Part shown: in pieces, positions 37,616-47,899 of the stretch
Layout: each line of letters starts with the position of its first letter
Position numbering within the stretch: the first letter of the stretch is position 1
Origin: Candidatus Omnitrophota bacterium
GTDB taxonomy: Bacteria; Omnitrophota; Gorgyraeia; 1-14-0-20-64-10
Direction: 5' to 3'
DNA length: 64,000 bases
Assembly: GCA_023248155.1 (NCBI GenBank)
Contig: JAHFFE010000003.1
Span: 148,159-212,158 of the forward strand
Position numbers and translations under genes: made by a program
The notes under the pieces: model-generated
The model's database searches: none
What the model was told of the DNA's origin: nothing
The model's input: only the letters and a program-made list of their open reading frames with translations

Positions 37616-38802
37616 GCAAATCGTTTTCTATGCCTCCGGTCGCCAAGCGGCTCACACAACTTCCGCCTTATCTGTTCGTTCAGATCGACGCAATGAAAGA
37701 TGCGCTGGTCAAGCAGGGGCGCAATGTAATTGATATGGGCGTGGGCGATCCGGACGAGCCGACTCCGAAATTCATCATCGACGCATTTATGAAAGCGGTC
37801 AAAGACCGGCGCCATCACCAGTATCCGAGCAACCGCGGTTTGATTGAAATGCGAACCGCGATTGCAATCTGGTATAAAAAACGGTTTCGCGTCACGCTGG
37901 ATCCGGTGACCGAAGTGTTGCCGCTGATCGGTTCCAAAGAGGGGATCGCCCATTTTCCATTGGCCTATGCCAACCCGGGCGACAGCGTTTTAGTGCCTGA
38001 TCCCTGTTATCCGCCGTATAAAACCGGCACGATCCTGGCAAGCGCAAAGCCGGTCATGTTCCCGCTGCTGGCGCAAAACAAGTTTCTGCCCGACTTAAAC
38101 GCGCTGGCGCGGAAACATGCGAAAGCCAAACTGATTTTCCTGAACTATCCGAACAACCCGACCGCGGCTGTCGCCGATCTGAAGTTCTTCAGAGAAGCGG
38201 TCGATTTTGCGCATAAAACAGGAATTCCGGTCTGCCATGACGCCGCCTATTCGGAAATCGGATACGACGGTTTCAAACATCCGAGTTTCCTACAGATTCC
38301 CGGCGCCAAAGAAGTCGGCATTGAATTCCATTCGTTGTCGAAAACCTATAACATGACCGGATGGCGGATCGGCTGGGCCTGCGGCAACCGCGAGATGATC
38401 GCGGCGCTTGCCAAAGTGAAATCGAACATTGATTCCGGAGTTTTTCAGGCGATTCAGATGGCCGGCATCGCCGCGCTCAAAGATAATGGGGCGCACTTAA
38501 ACCGGATGATTAAAATTTACCAGACCCGCCGCGATCTGATGATCCGTTCATTGAGAGAAAGCGGCTGGCCCGTTACGCCGCCAAAATCAACTTTTTATCT
38601 CTGGTCTCCGATTCCGCCCAAGACAAGTTCGCGTGAACTTGCCGCCAAGCTATTGCAGGAACAGGGAATCGTCGCCACACCGGGCGTCGGCTTCGGTGAT
38701 GCCGGCGAAGGCTATATCCGCTTCTCGCTGAGCATTCCAACTGCGCAAATTCAGGAAGCTGCCCGACGGATCGGCCGCTGCGCGGTCTGGAAAAAGGGTT
38801 GA
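37612..38802 (+). CDS. dapL: LL-diaminopimelate aminotransferase
   Basis: LPPYLF, GVGDPD, IGSKEGIAH, NYPNNPT, EFHSLSKTYNMTGWRIG; located in dap cluster; ATG 37612. Confidence 0.88.
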   Translation: MSKSFSMPPVAKRLTQLPPYLFVQIDAMKDALVKQGRNVIDMGVGDPDEPTPKFIIDAFMKAVKDRRHHQYPSNRGLIEMRTAIAIWYKKRFRVTLDPVTEVLPLIGSKEGIAHFPLAYANPGDSVLVPDPCYPPYKTGTILASAKPVMFPLLAQNKFLPDLNALARKHAKAKLIFLNYPNNPTAAVADLKFFREAVDFAHKTGIPVCHDAAYSEIGYDGFKHPSFLQIPGAKEVGIEFHSLSKTYNMTGWRIGWACGNREMIAALAKVKSNIDSGVFQAIQMAGIAALKDNGAHLNRMIKIYQTRRDLMIRSLRESGWPVTPPKSTFYLWSPIPPKTSSRELAAKLLQEQGIVATPGVGFGDAGEGYIRFSLSIPTAQIQEAARRIGRCAVWKKG

Positions 38803-39272
38803 TGGCCTTCACGGCCTACATCGCGCTGGGATCAAATCTGGGGGATCGGTCATCGTATCTGCGCTGCGCCATCAACCGGATTAACAAAATTCCAATGACC
38901 AAAATCAAAAAACTTTCCCGCATTGAAGAAACAGCCCCCATCGGCGGACCCACTCAGGGACCTTATCTCAACGGCGTCGCGGAAATAAAAACCGGTTTAC
39001 CGGCGCAGCGGTTGATGGACTCGCTGCGGCAAATCGAACAGGCACTTGGCCGACCGGCTGAGCATCCGCACTGGGGGGCGCGCACGATTGACCTGGATAT
39101 TATTGATTACGATGGAATTCAAATGAGCTCTAAGAAACTATCGCTGCCGCATCCGCGCGCGCATCAGCGAACATTTGTGCTGCGGCCGCTTGCGCAAATC
39201 GCACCCCACTGGATTCATCCGGTTTTCGGAAAAACAGCGTTCCGTCTGCTGGACGAGGCGGCCGCTCAATGA
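38799..39272 (+). CDS. folK: 2-amino-4-hydroxy-6-hydroxymethyldihydropteridine diphosphokinase
   Basis: YIALGSNLG, YLN, RTIDLDI, LPHP...R.FVL.PL. Confidence 0.95.
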   Translation: MMAFTAYIALGSNLGDRSSYLRCAINRINKIPMTKIKKLSRIEETAPIGGPTQGPYLNGVAEIKTGLPAQRLMDSLRQIEQALGRPAEHPHWGARTIDLDIIDYDGIQMSSKKLSLPHPRAHQRTFVLRPLAQIAPHWIHPVFGKTAFRLLDEAAAQ

Positions 39273-40126
39273 AACTGATCCGTTCCATTCAGGCGTTACG
39301 CCGGGAAATCAGCCGGCTCCGAAAAAACGGAAAAACGATCGGGTTCGTTCCGACGATGGGGGCACTGCACGAAGGACACCTTTCGCTGATTCGCCGCGCG
39401 CGCCGGGACACCGATCAGGTCGTGGTCAGCATTTTCGTCAACCCGACACAGTTCAACCAGAAAAAAGATCTGCTCGGTTATCCGCGCCGTTTGCGGTCCG
39501 ACAGCGTTCTCTGTCAAAAAGCCGGGACCGCTATTCTGTTCGTACCGGATGCGCGATCCATTTATCCTGAGAACTTCCAAACGCATGTGGCCGTGGAACA
39601 GCTTGGCCGGCGGTGGGAAGGGCAGTTTCGTCCCGGCCATTTTCAGGGCGTGGCCACCGTGGTGACGAAACTGTTTAACCTGGTTGAACCAACCATCGCT
39701 TATTTCGGACAGAAAGATGCGCAGCAGGCAAGAATTATTCAACAATTGGCTGAAGATCTGAATTTCGATATCCGCGTCAAAGTACTTCCGACCATCCGAG
39801 AAAAAAGCGGGCTGGCGATGAGTTCGCGCAACAAGCGGCTCTCCGAAAAGCAGAAAACAGGGGCGCTGGTGCTCGTTAACGCTTTACGGGAAGCAGGCCG
39901 GCTGGTACAATTAAATGAGGTGCGATCGTCGGTGATTTTGGCCCGCGTGAACCGGTTAATCCGGTCCGCCGGGCAGGTTCGCAGTGAATATTCAGCCATT
40001 GTAGACCCCGCCACGCTCGAACCGGTCTCCCGCGTCCGGACAACCGCACTGGTTCTTCTGGCAGCGTGGGTCGGCAGTGTCCGCTTGATCGATTGCGGGT
40101 TTATTCACACAAAAAGAAAGAACTAG
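39269..40126 (+). CDS. panC: Pantoate-beta-alanine ligase
   Basis: GFVPTMGALHEGH, SIFVNPTQF, RPGHF.GV, FGQKD.QQ, GLAMSSRN. Confidence 0.97.
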   Translation: MKLIRSIQALRREISRLRKNGKTIGFVPTMGALHEGHLSLIRRARRDTDQVVVSIFVNPTQFNQKKDLLGYPRRLRSDSVLCQKAGTAILFVPDARSIYPENFQTHVAVEQLGRRWEGQFRPGHFQGVATVVTKLFNLVEPTIAYFGQKDAQQARIIQQLAEDLNFDIRVKVLPTIREKSGLAMSSRNKRLSEKQKTGALVLVNALREAGRLVQLNEVRSSVILARVNRLIRSAGQVRSEYSAIVDPATLEPVSRVRTTALVLLAAWVGSVRLIDCGFIHTKRKN

Positions 40127-40138
40127 AAGAGCACATCC

Positions 40139-40501
40139 ATGTTTCGCTCGATGATGAAATCAAAGATCCATCAGGCAACCGTGACGGAAGCTAACCTCAA
40201 GTACGAGGGCTCCATCACGATTGATTCTGATTTGATGAAAGCCTCTGATTTAATCGCGGGCGAACATGTCCATGTCGTCAACCTCAACAACGGCAGCCGC
40301 ATTGAGACCTACTGCGTGGAAGGGCCTTCCGGTTCCGGAATCATCTGCATGAACGGCGCGGCCGCGCGCTCGGCGCAGGTGGGGGATATCGTCATCATCA
40401 TTTCGTACGCGATGATGGAAGATGCGGCCGCGCGCCAATACCAGCCGAAAGTCGTTTTCGTCGACAAGCAAAATAAGATCCGCCGTCCCGCTTACGCGTG
40501 A
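40139..40501 (+). CDS. panD: Aspartate 1-decarboxylase
   Basis: [16 protein letters not shown] (G-S cleavage site), [14 protein letters not shown]. Confidence 0.97.
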   Translation: MFRSMMKSKIHQATVTEANLKYEGSITIDSDLMKASDLIAGEHVHVVNLNNGSRIETYCVEGPSGSGIICMNGAAARSAQVGDIVIIISYAMMEDAAARQYQPKVVFVDKQNKIRRPAYA

Positions 40502-41304
40502 TTAAGATCGGCTTGGTCGGGTGCGGAAACATCGGCGCCCAATTGGCAGTACACATCCAGAAAAAACTCCGCACTCAGGCAACACTGGTTTCGATCTGGG
40601 ATAACGATTCCCAAACCGCGCAGAAACTCCAAACTGTTCTTCGAAAAAAAATCATTTCCGTTTCCATAGCCCAACTTGTTTCACAATCCGATCTGATTAT
40701 TGAAGCCGCTTCGGCCGATGCGGTTCAACAATTACTTCCGCTCGTGATTAAAAAGAAAAAACAGCTGATGGTACTGTCGAGCGGCGGATTACTTCGAAAT
40801 CCCGCCCGGCTCGCGCAGGCGATTCGCGCCCGTACCCCGATTTTTCTGCCCAGCGGCGCGCTGGCCGGACTGGACGGAATCAAAAGCGCGCGCGTCGGAA
40901 AAATCCGCTCGGTCACGTTGACCACGCGCAAACCGCCGCTGTCGTTTTCCGGAGCACCGGGCGTTCAAAACAAAAAACTCCGTCTCGAATCGATCCGGAA
41001 ACCGACGGTAATCTTTGATGGGAACGCGCTGAAAGCGGCGCGTCTTTTTCCGCAAAATATCAATGTGGCGGCCACGCTGGCGCTGGCCGGCGTCGGGGCC
41101 GCCCGCACGCGCGTGCGGATCATCGCCGATCCCGGTATAAAAAATAATTCACATACGATTGAATCCGTCGGGGATTTTGGTATACTCATATCTCGGACGG
41201 AGAATCGTCCGTCGGTGCGGAATCGAAAAACCAGCCAACTGGCAGTTTACTCGGCCATTGCAACTCTGGAACAGATTCTCAATCCTTTACAGGTGGGTAG
41301 TTAA
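40498..41304 (+). CDS. nadX: L-aspartate dehydrogenase
   Basis: [42 protein letters not shown]. Confidence 0.9.
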   Translation: MIKIGLVGCGNIGAQLAVHIQKKLRTQATLVSIWDNDSQTAQKLQTVLRKKIISVSIAQLVSQSDLIIEAASADAVQQLLPLVIKKKKQLMVLSSGGLLRNPARLAQAIRARTPIFLPSGALAGLDGIKSARVGKIRSVTLTTRKPPLSFSGAPGVQNKKLRLESIRKPTVIFDGNALKAARLFPQNINVAATLALAGVGAARTRVRIIADPGIKNNSHTIESVGDFGILISRTENRPSVRNRKTSQLAVYSAIATLEQILNPLQVGS

Positions 41305-41345
41305 AGCGCAAGTCCGTTTCATAAAAAGACGAAAGGGGTATCCGC

Positions 41346-41588
41346 ATGGCAGAGAAGATCCAGAAAGCAGGAATCAAGAGAGAGAAGGGCTACCTGTATT
41401 ACCTCGACAAGCAGGGAGATGTTTCCGCTGCGAAGATGGCCCGCGGTGGCAAGAAGGGCGGGGCCCCGAAGAAAGTTGCAAAGCTTGGCATCAAGAGAAA
41501 AGAAGGCTACCTGTATTTCATCGACAAGCAGGGAGATGTTTCCGCTGCGAAGATGGCTCGTCCGGGCAGCAAGAAAAAGAAGAAGTAA
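41346..41588 (+). CDS. Small Lys-rich protein with two 39-aa repeats (hypothetical)
   Basis: SD-like AAGGGG; repeats GIKREKGYLYYLDKQGDVSAAKMAR and GIKRKEGYLYFIDKQGDVSAAKMAR; followed by a terminator. Confidence 0.85.
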   Translation: MAEKIQKAGIKREKGYLYYLDKQGDVSAAKMARGGKKGGAPKKVAKLGIKRKEGYLYFIDKQGDVSAAKMARPGSKKKKK

Positions 41589-41617
41589 CCCGGGTTTACC
41601 GTTTTACAGAGTTCTCG

Positions 41618-41657
41618 ACACCCCGTCATGCGTTAAAAGCAGGGCGGGGTGTTTCTT
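41618..41657 (+). terminator. Intrinsic terminator
   Basis: ACACCCCGTC...GGGCGGGGTGT stem followed by TTCTT. Confidence 0.65.
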
Positions 41658-41732
41658 CCTAGGTGCATGCACCTTGCATTTGACCCTTTTTAATCAGATC
41701 ACAAGAAGTTGTCCTGTATTTTCAGAGAATAA

Positions 41733-44546
41733 ATGAGCAACTCTACTGTTTCTCCTATAATCATCCGCGGCGCACGCGAGCATAATCTCAAAGGCGTCAA
41801 TCTGACGATTCCGCGCAACGCGCTTATTGTCTTTACGGGACTTTCCGGTTCCGGAAAATCGTCGCTGGCGTTCGACACGCTCTATGCCGAAGGCCAGCGC
41901 CGTTATGTCGAGAGTCTCTCGGCCTACGCGCGGCAATTCCTCGAACAACTTCAAAAACCGAATGTGGAACAGATCGAAGGGCTTTCTCCGGCCATCGCCA
42001 TTGAGCAGCGGACGACCGGCGGCAGTCCGCGTTCCACGGTAGCCACGCAAACCGAAATTTATGATTATCTGCGCCTGCTTTATGCGCGGATCGGAACACC
42101 GCACTGCTATCGCTGCGGCCGCGTGATCCGGAAACAATCGGCGCAGGAAATCGTGGAGCAGATATTAAAATTGCCCGAGGGACAATCAGCGCTGCTGCTG
42201 GCGCCGCTGGTACGCGGACGAAAAGGCGAGTATCAGGAATTGTTCCGGCAGATTCAGAAACAGGGATTCACGCGTGTGCGCGTTGATCAAACGCTTTACA
42301 ATCTGGATGAACCGGTCAAGCTCGACAAAAAGAAAGCACATTCGATTGATGTGGTGGTTGACCGCCTTACCATTGAACCTTCCGCGAAACAGCGGCTGAC
42401 CGATTCGGTGGAAACCGCGCTAAAAGCCGGAAAAGGAACGCTGCTGATCGCCTCTGCATCCGGCAAAAAATCGGCGCCGGATCTACTGTTTAGCGAACTG
42501 TACGGCTGTCCCGAATGCGGCATCAGCCTGGCCGAGCTGGAACCGCGCCTGTTCTCATTCAACAGCCCGTACGGCGCCTGCGAGTCTTGCCATGGTCTGG
42601 GCACCAAACCGGAAATCGACAAAGATCTTGTTATTCCGGATCCATCCAAATCGATCGCGGACGGAGCGTTGACGCCCTGGCGCAGGGGCGGGCACGGCTA
42701 TGTGATGTACCACCGCGCGCTGGTGCGCGAATTCGCGCGCGAAGTCGGCATTGACCTGACCACGCCATTTAAGAAACTGCCGGAAGGAATCCGGAAAAAA
42801 ATATTGTACGGCGCTCCGCAGATTGAAATATGGGGACGGCCGTTTGAAGGCGTGATTCCAAACCTCGAACGGCTGTTCCGCGAAAGCGATTCTGATTTCG
42901 TGAAAGAAGAAGTTTCGAAATATATGTCGGTGCAGCCGTGTCCAGCCTGCGATGGAACACGCCTGAAGCCGGAAGCGACCGCCGTCAAGGTGAATGGGAA
43001 ATCGATCGTTGAAACATCGCGCATGACGATCCAGCAAAGCCTTCAATTCTGGAATGCGCTGAAGCTGGGCGTCAAAGAAGCGGCCATCGCAGAACAGATA
43101 CTCAAAGAGATTCGCGCGCGCCTGCAATTCATGACCGATGTCGGCTTGGATTACCTCAACCTCGACCGCGCCAGCGGCACGCTTTCCGGCGGAGAGGCCC
43201 AGCGAATCCGGCTGGCCACGCAGATCGGCGCCGGGCTGGTGGGTGTTCTCTATGTGCTGGACGAACCATCGATCGGCTTACATCCGCGCGATACCGACCG
43301 TCTGCTGAAGACATTGCAAAAACTGCGCGACCTCGGAAATACCGTCGTGACCGTCGAGCATGATGAGGCGACGATCCGCTCCGCCGACTTTATTGTCGAC
43401 ATGGGACCGGGCGCCGGAAAACATGGCGGGGAAGTGGTGGCCGCCGGCACACCCGCCGAGATCCTGAAATCTGAAAAATCACTGACGGCGCAATACCTGC
43501 GCGGCGAGCGCTCAATCCCAATTCCAGAACGGCGGCCTTACGCCGACAAACCGTTTATTGAAATCATCGGCGCGAAAGAAAACAACTTAAAAGAAATCGA
43601 TGTGCGGATTCCACTGGGCACATTCACCGGAGTGACCGGTGTTTCCGGGTCGGGCAAATCAACACTGGTCGAGGAAATTTTATACAAATCACTCTCGCGC
43701 AGCCTGTACAAAGCCCGCGTAAAACCGGGCGAGCATCAGCAGATCCGCGGAGCAGAACAGATCGACAAGGTGATTGTGATTGACCAGTCTCCGATCGGCC
43801 GGACGCCGCGATCCAATCCGGCGACGTACACCGGTGTTTTCACCGATATCCGCGATCTGTTCGCGCGAACGCCCGAGGCTAAAGCGCGCGGATACGCGCC
43901 GGGCCGGTTCAGCTTTAATGTGAAAGGGGGCCGCTGCGAATCGTGTGAAGGCGACGGCACGCTGAAAGTCGAAATGCATTTTTTGCCGGCTGTTTATGTG
44001 ATTTGTGATCTCTGCAAGGGAAACCGATTCAACGAAGCGACGCTCGAAGTGCTGTACAAAGGCAAATCGATCGCCGACGTACTGCGGATGACCGTCGAAG
44101 AAGCGCTGGAGGTTTTTCTGGCGGTTCCAAGAATTCGGACGCGCCTTCAAACGCTGGTCGAAGTAGGGCTCGGCTACATTGAAGTGGGCCAGGCGGCGAC
44201 CACGCTATCAGGCGGCGAAGCGCAGCGCGTAAAACTGGCCACTGAACTTTCACATAAAGCGACCGGAAGAACTCTCTACATTCTTGACGAGCCGACCACC
44301 GGTCTGCATTTGGCCGACATCGATAAACTGCTGAAAGTTCTGCATGCGCTGGTGGATCAGGGCAATACGGTGCTGGTGATTGAACACCATCTGGATGTGA
44401 TCAAAACAGCCGACTATCTGATTGATCTGGGTCCCGACGGTGGAACGCACGGCGGGGAACTGGTCGCCTGCGGCACGCCCGAAGAGGTTGCGCGCGAACC
44501 AAAATCCTATACCGGACAATTTCTGAAAAAATTACTGCATGAATAA
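41733..44546 (+). CDS. uvrA: Excinuclease ABC subunit A
   Basis: [22 protein letters not shown], two LSGGEAQR signatures, zinc fingers. Confidence 0.99.
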   Translation: MSNSTVSPIIIRGAREHNLKGVNLTIPRNALIVFTGLSGSGKSSLAFDTLYAEGQRRYVESLSAYARQFLEQLQKPNVEQIEGLSPAIAIEQRTTGGSPRSTVATQTEIYDYLRLLYARIGTPHCYRCGRVIRKQSAQEIVEQILKLPEGQSALLLAPLVRGRKGEYQELFRQIQKQGFTRVRVDQTLYNLDEPVKLDKKKAHSIDVVVDRLTIEPSAKQRLTDSVETALKAGKGTLLIASASGKKSAPDLLFSELYGCPECGISLAELEPRLFSFNSPYGACESCHGLGTKPEIDKDLVIPDPSKSIADGALTPWRRGGHGYVMYHRALVREFAREVGIDLTTPFKKLPEGIRKKILYGAPQIEIWGRPFEGVIPNLERLFRESDSDFVKEEVSKYMSVQPCPACDGTRLKPEATAVKVNGKSIVETSRMTIQQSLQFWNALKLGVKEAAIAEQILKEIRARLQFMTDVGLDYLNLDRASGTLSGGEAQRIRLATQIGAGLVGVLYVLDEPSIGLHPRDTDRLLKTLQKLRDLGNTVVTVEHDEATIRSADFIVDMGPGAGKHGGEVVAAGTPAEILKSEKSLTAQYLRGERSIPIPERRPYADKPFIEIIGAKENNLKEIDVRIPLGTFTGVTGVSGSGKSTLVEEILYKSLSRSLYKARVKPGEHQQIRGAEQIDKVIVIDQSPIGRTPRSNPATYTGVFTDIRDLFARTPEAKARGYAPGRFSFNVKGGRCESCEGDGTLKVEMHFLPAVYVICDLCKGNRFNEATLEVLYKGKSIADVLRMTVEEALEVFLAVPRIRTRLQTLVEVGLGYIEVGQAATTLSGGEAQRVKLATELSHKATGRTLYILDEPTTGLHLADIDKLLKVLHALVDQGNTVLVIEHHLDVIKTADYLIDLGPDGGTHGGELVACGTPEEVAREPKSYTGQFLKKLLHE

Positions 44547-44901
44547 AAAGAAAGTTCCGACAATGCGACTGCGCGGCGCGCGCGATTTTAAAATCGTGCT
44601 GACGACGGCCGGTTCACCTTCGGAAGCGCGCCGTTTGGCATCAAAAGCGGTGCGGCAACGACAGGCGGCCTGCGTTAACTGGATTCCGAAAATCCATTCA
44701 ACCTATTGGTGGAAAGGGAAAGTCACTTCAGCAATCGAATGCCTGCTTTTATTCAAGACCACGCGGCAGCAGGTTCCGGAATTATGCCGGTTTATCCGAA
44801 AAAATCATTCATATGATTTACCGGAACTGCTGGTGTTGTCTCCCGATCAGGGAGAAACCGCGTATCTTGCCTGGATATCGGATTCGTTAAAAACAACATA
44901 A
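44539..44901 (+). CDS. cutA: Divalent-cation tolerance protein CutA
   Basis: AACVN, S.YWW.G, E.LL..KT, HSYDLPE, YL.W. Confidence 0.9.
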   Translation: MNKKKVPTMRLRGARDFKIVLTTAGSPSEARRLASKAVRQRQAACVNWIPKIHSTYWWKGKVTSAIECLLLFKTTRQQVPELCRFIRKNHSYDLPELLVLSPDQGETAYLAWISDSLKTT

Positions 44902-44906
44902 TAATG

Positions 44907-44936
44907 TTGACAGAACACGACGGGCGCACTTAAGAT
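44907..44936 (+). promoter_or_regulatory. Putative promoter of pilus operon
   Basis: TTGACA-18 bp-TAAGAT. Confidence 0.5.
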
Positions 44937-45021
44937 ATATACAATTCTCGGCGAATCATGCAGCGTATCTGTTCGTAGCCAAAATATTGTCACCCTTAAA
45001 GGAACCCTGAGACAATAATCT

Positions 45022-46689
45022 ATGGCATCTTCGATCGGCATCTATGTAGGAACCGAATCGATTGATCTGGTAACGCTGTCGGGTTCGTTTCAAAATCCAA
45101 AATTGGCCGGCTTCGCGCGCGTCAAACTTCCTGATGCAACGGCTTGGAGAAGCAGCGTACGAATTGAAGGCGTCGCCGCCGATCCATCCGTTCAAGTGAA
45201 AGAGGCCGCATCTCCCGAAAGCCTGTTAGCCCCCATTCAAGCGCTGATTTCCAAGATTGAGATTCCGCCCAAGCAGCCGATCCACGTGGGCATCGCCGCC
45301 GAGTCTGTGGTGATCCGTTATTTTCAAATGCCATCTATTCCGCCGCACGAACGGAAAATGGCCGTCTCCTTCGAAGCCAAGAAATATCTCCCTTTTAAAC
45401 TCGATGAGCTGATTACCGATTATCAGGCCGTGATCCGCGGGCCCGACAAAGCGCTGATGCGCGTGATGTTCTTCGGACTGAAACGAAACGCCAGCACGCT
45501 GTATGAACTTTTATTCCAACCCTGGAAACAATCGCTCGAATCGCTGGAACCTTCGCCGGTCAGCTTGATGCGGCTGGCCCGGCAGACGGAACAATTCAAG
45601 GCCAATCAGGCAGTGGCGATTATTTCAATGGAGCAGGATTCGGCCACCATCAGTATCGCGCGCGACGATATGCTTTACTTAAGCCGGAATGTCAGCATTC
45701 TTGAAAACGGCATCAGCCCCGCCGGTGGAAACGGCGCTGAACTTTTGGACGCGCTCGTGAACGAAACTCGCGTATCGATCGATTATTACCGCCGCCGATT
45801 TTTGGGCGAGCCGGCCGTGGCGAAAATACTTGTTTACGGCAAATCGGATGATAAGACCCGGATGGAAGGGCTTTCCGGGGCGCTGGATCTTCCGGTAGAG
45901 CAGGGTGATCCGTTCCGTAAAATCGCGGGAGCACAGGCGGTGCCGGATGGATTGTCGGTCGCCGTAGGCCTGGCGCTGAAAGGGCTCGGCAGTAAAAAGG
46001 GGCAAGTCAACCTGTTGCCGCCGGCCCAGCGCGTCCGTTCCACCGATATTAAAAAACCGCTGATCGCCGAATTGCTGATCGCGTTAACGGTCATCACCGT
46101 TTGGTATACGATTGCTTCTAAAGATATTCAGACGCTTGAGCATAGAAAATCGATCTTGCACGGCAAACAGACCCATCCCGAAAATGTTCGCGGCGATTCC
46201 AACAACCTTGAATTGCGCGAATTAAAAAACCAGCTTGAAAAAGAACGCGCGGCTCTTAACGCGCTGGCCGAACGCAAACAAAAAGTTTCCCAGTTGATGG
46301 AAGAAATAACCTGGCTTCTGCCGCAAGAAGCCTGGTTGCGGTCGGCCGTGATCAAGGAGATCGGGTCTGCGGATGCCGCCGGCCGGGCAGCAGCCGCGGC
46401 CCAACCGCATGGAGCGCGCCATATGGGTCTTCAAATCACCGGCGGCGTTTTCGCCGATAACCGGGATACGGAATTACAACTGGTGAATGAATTCCTCGCG
46501 GCGCTTCAGAAAAACGAACTGCTGAAATCATGCTTTACTGTTTTTTCACTTGATTCCGCGCAGCGGGGAACCTATGCCGGAGAAGAAATTACTGAATTCA
46601 AGATCACCTGCGCTTTTAACGCCGATGAAGCGCGCCAGTTCTCATCGGAGAGAATCGGCTCTTATTCGCAGGGAGGGCGGCGGTCATGA
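45022..46689 (+). CDS. PilM-PilN fusion (pilus alignment complex)
   Basis: Actin-like PilM region (FEAKKYLPF...DY, SIDYY, AVGLAL), then VNLLP PilN motif, TM helix, coiled coil and LP..AWL PilN core. Confidence 0.75.
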   Translation: MASSIGIYVGTESIDLVTLSGSFQNPKLAGFARVKLPDATAWRSSVRIEGVAADPSVQVKEAASPESLLAPIQALISKIEIPPKQPIHVGIAAESVVIRYFQMPSIPPHERKMAVSFEAKKYLPFKLDELITDYQAVIRGPDKALMRVMFFGLKRNASTLYELLFQPWKQSLESLEPSPVSLMRLARQTEQFKANQAVAIISMEQDSATISIARDDMLYLSRNVSILENGISPAGGNGAELLDALVNETRVSIDYYRRRFLGEPAVAKILVYGKSDDKTRMEGLSGALDLPVEQGDPFRKIAGAQAVPDGLSVAVGLALKGLGSKKGQVNLLPPAQRVRSTDIKKPLIAELLIALTVITVWYTIASKDIQTLEHRKSILHGKQTHPENVRGDSNNLELRELKNQLEKERAALNALAERKQKVSQLMEEITWLLPQEAWLRSAVIKEIGSADAAGRAAAAAQPHGARHMGLQITGGVFADNRDTELQLVNEFLAALQKNELLKSCFTVFSLDSAQRGTYAGEEITEFKITCAFNADEARQFSSERIGSYSQGGRRS

Positions 46690-47339
46690 AACCGGGGCCG
46701 GCGCGGCAGGGGATCTCTCTGGCAGCTATTCAAAGCCAGCTCTCGTCAGGGCAAAAATTGCTGTTCATTTCAATTGGACTACTTTCGATCACGATTTTAA
46801 CCGGCATCTTTCTGATCCAGATTCCCTGGCAGGAAAAAAAAGAGCGGCTTTCAAAAGATTATGCGGATGAACAAGGCAAAACCGATCTTCTGTCTGCCAT
46901 TGAAAAACTCCAGCAAAATTCAAAAACGCTTGAACGCAAGCATCTTTACACGGAAGGCATCTCCGGATTGACTAGCCAGATTACGCGAATCGCCGCACAA
47001 TCGGGCCTGGGCATCGATTCGATTACGCCTCAGCCGGAAACACCGTATCCTCCGTACACGCGGATCCAGGTGGAAATTATCGCCAATAGTCCGCTGATGA
47101 ATGTCGCTCAATTCCTCTCGGCGGTGGAGCAGGCAGAGCCGGCGCTTTCCGTGAACTGGGTCGATTTATCGGAACCGCCGGCGGCCGCTTTCAGCGATCC
47201 AACTCTCTCTAATACGCCGATGCTGTCCATCGGGTCGGCGCCGCTGCCCCCGCTGGATAACTCCTGGAAACGGGGTGAAAACATCAAGATCCGAATTTCA
47301 ATCAGCGCAGTTCAAAGAACGCGGGGAGCCGCTTCGTGA
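46686..47339 (+). CDS. PilO/GspM-like protein
   Basis: N-terminal TM, coiled coil, A..SGL.I.SI.P and FL..VE ferredoxin-like pattern; position in operon. Confidence 0.65.
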   Translation: MKPGPARQGISLAAIQSQLSSGQKLLFISIGLLSITILTGIFLIQIPWQEKKERLSKDYADEQGKTDLLSAIEKLQQNSKTLERKHLYTEGISGLTSQITRIAAQSGLGIDSITPQPETPYPPYTRIQVEIIANSPLMNVAQFLSAVEQAEPALSVNWVDLSEPPAAAFSDPTLSNTPMLSIGSAPLPPLDNSWKRGENIKIRISISAVQRTRGAAS

Positions 47340-47899
47340 CCCCCCGCATCAAGCTTCTTTTACTGCTGTTGATCGTGATCGGCGGAATTTGGTTTTTCTA
47401 TCAGAAATCCAATCCATTCATTCCAAATTTTGGAACTGTGGATAGCCCCTCGGCAGGTTCAGGCACTCCGACGGAAACAACCGCATCGCAGGAAACGCAG
47501 ACCCCAGCAGCGCCGGTTTCCGCTGACCCCGGTTTATCGAGGGATGTCTTCCATTTGCCCAACCGGCTTGCGACAAAACTAAAGCAAAAAGAAGATGAGT
47601 ATCAGCGCCTGAAAAAGCTGCAGGAACAAGCGCCTCCCGATCGTTCTCTGGTACCGGTCATTGCGCCGGTCATTCTCGCGGATATCAAACTGCAGGGTTT
47701 ATTTTGGAACAACGGCGTTCCTCAGGCGTTGATTAACCGGAAAGCCGTTTCCGAAGGGGACCAGGTGTCCGGAGTCACCATAAAAAAAATATTGAAAGAT
47801 CGCGTGATTGTCCAGGCGCAGGGACAGGAATCCGAATTGACCTTACAAACCAAGGATCAAACAACCGATGAAAATCCGTCTTCCATTCGACCTTTATAA
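47336..47899 (+). CDS. PilP/GspB/GspC-like protein
   Basis: N-terminal TM, RD.F, LQGL.W.....ALIN.....GD...GV.I..I..D.V; precedes the secretin. Confidence 0.6.
   Translation: MTPRIKLLLLLLIVIGGIWFFYQKSNPFIPNFGTVDSPSAGSGTPTETTASQETQTPAAPVSADPGLSRDVFHLPNRLATKLKQKEDEYQRLKKLQEQAPPDRSLVPVIAPVILADIKLQGLFWNNGVPQALINRKAVSEGDQVSGVTIKKILKDRVIVQAQGQESELTLQTKDQTTDENPSSIRPL

Noticed and set aside
41346-41588. Naming the basic repeat protein as HU, a histone or a known ribosomal protein
   Set aside because: No recognisable signature of these families; left as hypothetical
41661-41674. Perfect palindrome AGGTGCATGCACCT upstream of uvrA as an SOS box
   Set aside because: Does not match LexA boxes I know (CTGT-N8-ACAG, GAAC-N4-GTTC) and I saw no copy before priA or the helicase; single instance
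44941-45021. Riboswitch in the pilM leader
   Set aside because: Only a weak TATTGTC..GACAATA stem; no recognisable aptamer consensus
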